Position numbers and translations under genes: made by a program. A stretch of 32,000 nucleotides of DNA from Candidatus Saccharimonadota bacterium. GTDB taxonomy: Bacteria; Bacteroidota; Bacteroidia; Flavobacteriales; Blattabacteriaceae. The notes under the pieces were generated by a model. It saw only the letters and a program-made list of their open reading frames with translations. It had not been told where the DNA came from and made no database searches. This document shows positions 18,548 to 25,715 of the stretch, piece by piece; position 1 is the first letter of the stretch, and each line of letters starts with the position of its first letter. The DNA is taken from assembly GCF_014251775.1 (NCBI RefSeq), contig NZ_CP059199.1, positions 30,001 to 62,000 of the forward strand, written 5' to 3'.

Positions 18548-20647
18548 ATGACTATGAATTACTACTCATTGGAGGATAAAACTTATTCAGATGGAGATGC
18601 TAAAAATGATAATTCTAATTCTTATGAATCTGAAAAAAATAAATATAACTCTAAATATTATAATAATAAAAAAACTTCAATAAAAAGTAAAACTCCTATT
18701 TTAGATCACTTTGGAAATGATTTAAATGCATTAGCTATAAATGGGGAATTAGATCCTTTAGTTGGAAGAGATAAAGAAGTTGAAAGGATATCACAAATAT
18801 TGAGCAGAAGAAAAAAAAATAATCCTATATTAATAGGAGAACCAGGAGTAGGTAAAACAGCTATTGCAGAAGGACTAGCATTAAGAATTTTTCAAAGAAA
18901 AGTATCCAGAGTATTATATAACAAAAGAATAATCATATTAGATTTATCTAGTTTAGTAGCTGGTACTAAATATAGAGGTCAATTTGAAGAAAGAATGAAA
19001 TCAATTATAAATGAAGCGGAATCTAGCAATGATTTAATTCTATTTATAGATGAATTACATACTCTCATAGGATCTGGTGGATCAACTGGATCTTTAGATG
19101 CATCTAATATATTTAAACCAGCTTTAGCAAAAGGGAAAATTCAATGTATTGGTGCTACTACATTTAATGAATATAAACAGTATATAGAAAAAGATGGGGC
19201 TTTAGAACGTAGATTTCAAAAAATATTTATTTATCCATCTTCTGAGAATGAAACTATTGAAATTTTACAAAAAATAAAAAATAAATATGAAAATCATCAT
19301 AACGTTATTTATACTAAAGAAGCCATAAAAGCATGTGTAAAATTAACATCAAGATATATCGTTGATAGATTCTTACCAGATAAAGCAATTGATGCATTAG
19401 ATGAATCAGGTTCTAGAGTATATATAAAAAATATAAAAGTTCCGAAAGAAATAATAGTTTTAGAAAAAGAACTAGAAAATATTCGAAAAAAAAAATCTAA
19501 AGTAGTTAAAAATCAAAAATATGAAGAAGCTGCTAAATTAAGAGATCATGAAAAAAATATTGAAAATAAATTATTAGAAGCTCAAAAAAACTGGGAAAAA
19601 TTTTCTAAAAAAAATAAAGAAATTGTTTATGAAGAAAATGTAGAAAAAGTAGTTTCAATGATGAGTGGTATTCCAATAAATAGAATTGCCAAATCAGAAA
19701 TTAAAAAATTTAATAAAATGGTAAATTCTATAAAAGAAAAAATAATTGGGCAAGATGAAGCAGTGGAAAAAATAGTACAATCAATTCAAAGAAATAGAAT
19801 TGGTATGAAAGACTCTGATTCACCTATAGGATCATTTATATTTTTAGGAAAAACAGGAGTAGGAAAAACTTATTTAAGTAGAATTTTTTCGAAAGAATTA
19901 TTTAATTCAGAAGAATCATTGATTCGTATAGACATGAGTGAATATCAAGAATCCCATTCGATAAGTAAATTAATAGGAGCCCCACCTGGATATATAGGAT
20001 ATGAAGAAGGTGGACGATTAACTGAAGCTATAAGAAGAAGACCTTATAGTATTATTCTATTGGATGAAATAGAAAAAGCTCATCGAGATATTTTTCACAT
20101 TTTATTGCAAATATTAGATTATGGTTTTTTAACTGATAATTCTGGAAAAAAAATTAATTTTAGAAATACTATAATTATTTTTACTTCTAATATAGGAATC
20201 CAAAAAATTAAATCTAATAAATCTGAAATTGGATTTAAAACTAAAAATAATAGATCAAATATTGATCATAAAAAAATAATAAAAGAATCATTGCAAAAAA
20301 GTTTATCCAGTGAATTTTTAAATAGGATAGATGATATTATTGTTTTTAATTCATTAAAGAATGATGATATTAATAAAATAATTATTTTAGAATTAAACGA
20401 AATAATTTTACAAGTACAAAATTTAGGATATAAATTAGTAATTTTTTCAGATGTAAGAAAATTTATAAAGAAAAAAGGATATGACTATGAAAATGGAGTT
20501 AGACTATTAAAAATAACAATAAAAAAATATATAAAAAATCCTATATCAGAATGTATAATTAATGGAAATTTAAAAACAGGAAATAAAATATCATTAAAAA
20601 TGAACTCTAAAAAAAATAAAATAGAAACCTTTATCACAAAAAAATGA
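18548..20647 (+). CDS. clpC: Class I Clp/Hsp100 AAA+ ATPase, ClpC-type (two AAA modules, short UVR-like middle domain), lacking the Clp_N domain
   Basis: D1 has GEPGVGKTAI and LFIDELHTL. D2 has GKTGVGKTYL and ILLDEIEKAH. The linker of about 70 aa contains KYEEAAKLRDHEKNIE (UVR-like), which is too short for a ClpB M-domain. EIGF is a possible ClpP-docking IGF loop. Conserved sequence starts only at TPILDHFGNDLNALA (aa 49). Confidence 0.85.
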   Translation: MTMNYYSLEDKTYSDGDAKNDNSNSYESEKNKYNSKYYNNKKTSIKSKTPILDHFGNDLNALAINGELDPLVGRDKEVERISQILSRRKKNNPILIGEPGVGKTAIAEGLALRIFQRKVSRVLYNKRIIILDLSSLVAGTKYRGQFEERMKSIINEAESSNDLILFIDELHTLIGSGGSTGSLDASNIFKPALAKGKIQCIGATTFNEYKQYIEKDGALERRFQKIFIYPSSENETIEILQKIKNKYENHHNVIYTKEAIKACVKLTSRYIVDRFLPDKAIDALDESGSRVYIKNIKVPKEIIVLEKELENIRKKKSKVVKNQKYEEAAKLRDHEKNIENKLLEAQKNWEKFSKKNKEIVYEENVEKVVSMMSGIPINRIAKSEIKKFNKMVNSIKEKIIGQDEAVEKIVQSIQRNRIGMKDSDSPIGSFIFLGKTGVGKTYLSRIFSKELFNSEESLIRIDMSEYQESHSISKLIGAPPGYIGYEEGGRLTEAIRRRPYSIILLDEIEKAHRDIFHILLQILDYGFLTDNSGKKINFRNTIIIFTSNIGIQKIKSNKSEIGFKTKNNRSNIDHKKIIKESLQKSLSSEFLNRIDDIIVFNSLKNDDINKIIILELNEIILQVQNLGYKLVIFSDVRKFIKKKGYDYENGVRLLKITIKKYIKNPISECIINGNLKTGNKISLKMNSKKNKIETFITKK

Positions 20648-21327
20648 AAAAAATAAAAATTATTGAAAAAATATTGAATTTTTTATATCCTAATCCAAAA
20701 GATAATTTATATTATATTAATGAATATACATTTTTGATAGCTATAATTCTTAGTTCTAGATGTAAAGAAGTTGATGTAAATAAAGTAACAAAAATTCTTT
20801 TTAAAAAAATACAATCACCGTATGATATTATAAAATTTTCTATAAAAACTATAAAAAAATATATAAGAAATCTAGGATTACAAAATAAAAAATCTAAAAT
20901 TATTTATAATCTTTCTATTTTATTAATCAATAATTATAACGGTTTTATTCCTAAAAATTTTATAGAATTAAAAAAATTACCCGGAATTGGAAATAAAACT
21001 GCTTCTGTTTTTTTATCTAAATTTTCTAATATAAAAGTATTCCCTATCGATACTCATATAAATAGAATGATGTATCGTTGGGGATTAAGTGATGGAAAAA
21101 GCATATCTAATACTGAAAAACATGCCCCATTTTTTTTCAAAAAAAAAAATTGGAAAAAATTACATTTACAAATTTTATCTTATGCTAAAGAATATTCGCC
21201 ATCTAAAAAATGGAATAAAAAAAAAGATATAATATATCAAGAACTATTAGATTTTAAAAATTCTTATACAATTAAAAAGGCAAATCATCGAAATCATCTG
21301 ATGATAAAGAAGAAGAAGATGAAATAG
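20644..21327 (+). CDS. nth: Endonuclease III-family HhH-GPD DNA glycosylase (no Fe-S cluster ligands)
   Basis: FLIAIILSSRCKEVDVNKVT is present. The helix-hairpin-helix LPGIGNKTASVFL carries the catalytic Lys (K118). IDTHINRM carries the Asp (D136). Spacing matches E. coli Nth K120/D138. The start ATG overlaps the clpC TGA in an ATGA. Confidence 0.8.
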   Translation: MKKIKIIEKILNFLYPNPKDNLYYINEYTFLIAIILSSRCKEVDVNKVTKILFKKIQSPYDIIKFSIKTIKKYIRNLGLQNKKSKIIYNLSILLINNYNGFIPKNFIELKKLPGIGNKTASVFLSKFSNIKVFPIDTHINRMMYRWGLSDGKSISNTEKHAPFFFKKKNWKKLHLQILSYAKEYSPSKKWNKKKDIIYQELLDFKNSYTIKKANHRNHLMIKKKKMK

Positions 21328-21628
21328 TAGAATTATTTTTATTATCAGATAATAAATTATCTATTTTCCATCCTTGTATAGAATTAAAATATTTAACAAC
21401 ACCTTTAGGATTAATCCATTCTCTTCCTCTAATATTAATAAAAACTTTTATTCTATCTTTTGGTTTTATTGTATCTAATAAATTTGTTTTTTCCTGTATA
21501 AACTCGATTAGTATATCTTGAGAATACGGTTCATCAGTAGTTAATACCAATTCTCTTTTTTTAAATCCACTTTCAAATGTTTGAATTGGAAATATTTTTT
21601 TAACTCTTCCTATTATATCCATATACAT
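21272..21628 (-). CDS. DUF3127-family small OB-fold protein with SSB-type acidic C-terminal tip (DDLPF)
   Basis: FESGFKKRELVLTTDEPYSQDILIEFIQEKTNLLDTIKPKDRIKVFINIRGREWINPKGVVKYFNSIQGWKI matches my recollection of Bacteroidetes DUF3127 proteins. A Ser-rich linker follows, and the sequence ends DDFDDLPF, as the SSB C-terminus does. It lacks the canonical SSB N-terminal OB blocks, so I do not call it ssb. Confidence 0.65.
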   Translation of the reverse strand: MYMDIIGRVKKIFPIQTFESGFKKRELVLTTDEPYSQDILIEFIQEKTNLLDTIKPKDRIKVFINIRGREWINPKGVVKYFNSIQGWKIDNLLSDNKNNSTISSSSSLSSDDFDDLPF

Positions 21629-21633
21629 ATAAT

Positions 21634-22554
21634 TTACTTATTTTTTTCTTTTTTTTTGGAAGATTCTATAATTTTATTAGAAATATTTAATGATGTAATC
21701 ATATTATTTAACATTTCATTAGCTGATTCAGGAGAATTAGGTATCAATACTAAATTAGTATTACTTTTACTTCCTATAGACTGAAGTGTATCATAATGTT
21801 GAGTTACTACTATCAAAGCTGAAGCTTCTTGAGAATTTATTCCTACATTATTTAATACTTCTACTGAATCTAAAATTCCTTTAGTTATCTCTCTTCTTTG
21901 ATCTGCTGTTCCTTTACCTTGTAATCTTTTGCTTTCTGATTCAGCTTGGGCTTTAGCTATTATTTTTATTCTTTCTGATTCAGCTTTATATGCTGCAGCA
22001 ACTTTTTCTCTTTCTGCTGTATTTATACGATTCATTGCTAATTTTACTTGTTCATCGGGATCAATATCAGTGACTAATGTTTTGATAATTGAATACCCAT
22101 ATTCTAATATAGATTCTTCTAATTCTCTTCTAACAACTATTGCTATATGATTTTTTCTCTCAAAAACATCATCTAATTTCATTTTAGGAACTTCTGCCCT
22201 AACCACATCAAATATATAAGAATTTATTTGAGAATGAGGATTATCCAATTTATAAAAAGCTTCATAAACTTTATCTTTGATAACTTTAAATTGAATGGAA
22301 ATTTTTACTTTTATAAATACATTATCTTTTGTCTTTGTATCAACAATTATATCCAATTGTTGAATTTTTAAAGTTAATTTACTCTCAATTTGATCTATGA
22401 TAGGAATTTTAAAATTTAAACCTGCATAACGAATGCTATGAAATTTTCCCATTCTTTCAATAATAACAGCAGTTTCTTGATTTACAATAAATATAAAACT
22501 TAGAATAAAAGATAAAATTATAATTATTAATATTCCATAAAAAAATAAATTCAT
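21634..22554 (-). CDS. SPFH/band-7 (stomatin/HflC-like) membrane protein
   Basis: An N-terminal TM helix is followed by an SPFH core (IIERMGKFHSIRYAGLNFKIPIID...VRAEVPKMKLDDVF...). An Ala/Glu-rich coiled-coil follows (EREKVAAAYKAESERIKIIAKAQAESESKRLQG). Confidence 0.85.
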   Translation of the reverse strand: MNLFFYGILIIIILSFILSFIFIVNQETAVIIERMGKFHSIRYAGLNFKIPIIDQIESKLTLKIQQLDIIVDTKTKDNVFIKVKISIQFKVIKDKVYEAFYKLDNPHSQINSYIFDVVRAEVPKMKLDDVFERKNHIAIVVRRELEESILEYGYSIIKTLVTDIDPDEQVKLAMNRINTAEREKVAAAYKAESERIKIIAKAQAESESKRLQGKGTADQRREITKGILDSVEVLNNVGINSQEASALIVVTQHYDTLQSIGSKSNTNLVLIPNSPESANEMLNNMITSLNISNKIIESSKKKEKNK

Positions 22555-22572
22555 AATTTAAAATTGTTGTAT

Positions 22573-22902
22573 TTATAACATTCCTAATTCTAAACGAGCT
22601 TCTTCACTCATAAATTCTTTACACCAAGGGGGATCAAATGTAATAATGATTTTTACATTTTTAATTTTTTTTATAGATTTTATTTTTTGTTCTATTTCTA
22701 TCGGTAGACTATCTATAACTGGACAATTTGGATTGGTTAAAGTCATAATTATTTTTACATTATTTTCATGTAAAATTTGAATATCATAAATTAATCCTAA
22801 TTCATAAATATCTACCGGTATTTCCGGATCATAAATATTCTTTAATTCAGATATAATTTTATCTTTTAAATTATTATCACAATAATTTTTTTGATTACAC
22901 AT
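22573..22902 (-). CDS. sufT: SUF-system Fe-S assembly protein SufT (DUF59/MIP18 family)
   Basis: IYDPEIPVDIYELGLIYDI, MTLTNPNCPV and FDPPWCKEFMSEEARLELGML are almost identical to the flavobacterial DUF59 consensus. The 109-aa length is typical. Confidence 0.85.
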   Translation of the reverse strand: MCNQKNYCDNNLKDKIISELKNIYDPEIPVDIYELGLIYDIQILHENNVKIIMTLTNPNCPVIDSLPIEIEQKIKSIKKIKNVKIIITFDPPWCKEFMSEEARLELGML

Positions 22903-24283
22903 TCTTTTCTAATAAATTTCCAAATTTATCAAAATAATTAATCGGATATCCCAATTTTCTTATTGAAGGAAGTATTTCTTTTGCATTTCCTATAATTATA
23001 ATTATACCTCTATTTAATGGAAAAAATTTTTTATATATCTGATATATCTCATCTATTTCTATAGATGAGATATTTTCAATATAGTTATCATGGAAATTAT
23101 ATGAAATTCCATCTTTTTTTTCATACATAAAAATATCATTAATTTTTTCAGGATTTTCTAAATCTAATAAAAATTGTCCAATAATTTCTTTCTTTTTTAT
23201 ATATAATTCTTCTTCTATAGATTTTTTATTTAACTTAAAATCAGATATTTCTTGTAAAATATCTCGAATAGATTTTGCTGTGACTTCATTTCTAACTTGT
23301 GTATATACAGAAAAACATCCAATATTTTTATCAGATTTTAAAACTGAATAAATACCATAGGTATATGCTTTTTCTTCTCTTAAATTTAGAAATAACCTAC
23401 TATATGGTCCTTCCCCTAAAATACTATTTGCTAATACTGCTGGTAAATATGATGGATCATTCATTTTTAAAATTATAGGCATCCCTAAACAAATACATGA
23501 TTGATTTAAGAATGGCATATCTATTATATTAACTTTTAATTCATTTGGAATAGAAAATTTTTTCTCAGAAATACGTTTTTCAACGTATGGTTTTTTTTTC
23601 CATTTAGAAAAATATTTTCTACACAAATACTTTACTTCATCTTTATAAATGTCTCCTATAAAAGATAAATAAAATCTATTAGGTAGATAATATTTTTTAT
23701 ATAATCTTTTTAATTCATGGAGAGTGATTCTTTGAACAGAGTCAATAGTTTCATATTCTCCATAAGGATGATCTTTACCATAAAAAAATAAATTTTTAAT
23801 TCTTCTTAAAATATCATTTGGATTGTTTTCTGAAATAACAATTTCAGTTATTTTTTGTTTTATTATTTTATCAAGTTCTTTATTATTTTTAAAATTACAA
23901 TTTGTTAAAATCTCCATTAAAATAGTGATTGATTTCACTAAATTTTTTTTTAAAATAGAAACGGATATTTCATAAAAAGAGGAATATAACCCTGTTCCCA
24001 GATTATAATCTATTAATTCATCTAATTCATCTTTAGAATAGTTTTTTGTACCGGATCGCAACATTTTACCAAAAACATCTTTAATACCAGTTTTTTCTTT
24101 TTCTAAAAAAGGAGTAGTATCTAATTCTAAAATAATTCTTACAGTAGGAAATTTATGATCTTCTATTAATACTACTCTTAACCCATTTTTCAATTTTTGA
24201 AAATATGATGGTCTTTTTATTTTAAAATCTATTTTAGATTTTAATGGCTTAGGAGCTATATTTATTGTTTCTTTTGTATGCAT
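22895..24283 (-). CDS. M16-family peptidase-like protein, non-catalytic (zinc motif lost)
   Basis: It can be aligned with the upstream M16 paralog (GLRVVLIEDHKFP...). At the HxxEH position it reads DVFGK. Its 3' end overlaps the sufT start by 8 nt. Confidence 0.8.
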   Translation of the reverse strand: MHTKETINIAPKPLKSKIDFKIKRPSYFQKLKNGLRVVLIEDHKFPTVRIILELDTTPFLEKEKTGIKDVFGKMLRSGTKNYSKDELDELIDYNLGTGLYSSFYEISVSILKKNLVKSITILMEILTNCNFKNNKELDKIIKQKITEIVISENNPNDILRRIKNLFFYGKDHPYGEYETIDSVQRITLHELKRLYKKYYLPNRFYLSFIGDIYKDEVKYLCRKYFSKWKKKPYVEKRISEKKFSIPNELKVNIIDMPFLNQSCICLGMPIILKMNDPSYLPAVLANSILGEGPYSRLFLNLREEKAYTYGIYSVLKSDKNIGCFSVYTQVRNEVTAKSIRDILQEISDFKLNKKSIEEELYIKKKEIIGQFLLDLENPEKINDIFMYEKKDGISYNFHDNYIENISSIEIDEIYQIYKKFFPLNRGIIIIIGNAKEILPSIRKLGYPINYFDKFGNLLEKNV

Positions 24284-24324
24284 ATGAATTTTAAATATTT
24301 ATAAATATAATTTCCTAAAAATTT

Positions 24325-25620
24325 TTAATATTTTGGAATATTATATAATCTTACTCTATTATTTTTAGTTAAATATTTATTAGCAACTTTTTGTACATCA
24401 TCTAATGTAACATTTTTATATATATCTATTATCTTATTTAAAAAATTAGCATCTTTATAATATAAATTATAATATCCTAAATTATTAGCAACATCATTGA
24501 TAAAAAAATTATTATAAACAATTTTTGTTTCAAAAGAATTAATTTGTTTATCCAATTCATATTGAGATATTCCTTTTTCTTTTAAAATTTCAATTTCTCT
24601 ATCTATAGAATCCAATAAAGAGTCTAATTTAATTCCAGAATTAGCTATTCCATATATAATCAAAACACAATAATCTTCCATATCTTCTAAATAACAGCTC
24701 ATATGAGAAGATAATTGTTGATTATTTATTATGTTTTTTACCATTCTAGAACTTTCACCAAAAGAAAAAATAGATTCTATTATTTTTAATGCATGATAAT
24801 CAGGATGATTTATTTTTGCTAATCTATAACCTAAAAAAACACCTGGAATTTTAATATTTTTATTTATATATGTATATATTATTTCTTCTTTGATTGGATC
24901 TTCTTTTGGAAATTCTTTTTTAGAAAAATTATTATTGAATTTTTCAAATGAAAAATATTTTTTAACTAATTCTTGAGCAAGATTCATTTCAAAATCTCCG
25001 ACAATAATTAAAGTTGCATTACTTGGAACATAATATTCTCTATAGAATCTCTGATAATCATCTTCTGATGCTAAATTTAAGTCTTTATTACTTCCTATTA
25101 TTGGATATCTATATGAATGTTTTTTAAATAATAATGAAGGAATTATTTCTACAAATATTTTTGCATTTGGTTGATTATCAATTCTTGTTTTTCTTTCCTC
25201 TTTGATAACTTCTCTTTGTATGTCAATGCTTTCTTTATCTACTGTAGCATAAAACATTCTTTCTGATTCTAACCATAATCCTAATGGAAGATAATTAGAT
25301 GGTAAAATTTCATAATAAAAAGTAAAATCTTGATTTGTATAGGCATTATTTTCCCCCCCGCTAGAAGCAATATATTTAAAATATTCTCCCTTTTTTATAT
25401 TTTTAGTAGATTCAAACATAAGATGTTCAAAAAAATGAGCAAATCCAGTTCTTCCTGGATAATCATTTTTGCTACCAACATGATATAGAACAGATGTAGA
25501 AATTAAAGGATTTTTTCTATCCTGATGATAAAGCACTTGTAATCCATTAGGGAGTTTTTCTTTAAAAAAATTAATTTTAAAAATTCCTTCATTGATTTTA
25601 AAATCTGGATAAGACTTCAT
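24325..25620 (-). CDS. M16-family zinc metallopeptidase (pitrilysin/MPP-like), catalytic subunit
   Basis: The inverted zinc motif HFFEH lies at nt 25423-25437 (minus strand), followed by a downstream Glu-rich region (REVIKEERK). This is the typical M16 N-terminal domain followed by a C-terminal M16_C-like half. Confidence 0.85.
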   Translation of the reverse strand: MKSYPDFKINEGIFKINFFKEKLPNGLQVLYHQDRKNPLISTSVLYHVGSKNDYPGRTGFAHFFEHLMFESTKNIKKGEYFKYIASSGGENNAYTNQDFTFYYEILPSNYLPLGLWLESERMFYATVDKESIDIQREVIKEERKTRIDNQPNAKIFVEIIPSLLFKKHSYRYPIIGSNKDLNLASEDDYQRFYREYYVPSNATLIIVGDFEMNLAQELVKKYFSFEKFNNNFSKKEFPKEDPIKEEIIYTYINKNIKIPGVFLGYRLAKINHPDYHALKIIESIFSFGESSRMVKNIINNQQLSSHMSCYLEDMEDYCVLIIYGIANSGIKLDSLLDSIDREIEILKEKGISQYELDKQINSFETKIVYNNFFINDVANNLGYYNLYYKDANFLNKIIDIYKNVTLDDVQKVANKYLTKNNRVRLYNIPKY

Positions 25621-25715
25621 AATTTTGAATTAAAAAAAATATTTAAAAATTTACAATTTTTTTTTAAAAAAAAATACTTTTTATTGTTTTAATATTTAAT
25701 TATTGAATTTTATTT

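Noticed and set aside
21272-21628. Calling this gene canonical ssb on the strength of the DDLPF C-terminus.
   Set aside because: The N-terminal 90 residues do not show the canonical SSB OB-fold blocks, such as the GRLGxDPE and TEWH-type motifs. They match the DUF3127 pattern instead, so I report a DUF3127-type protein with an SSB-like tip.
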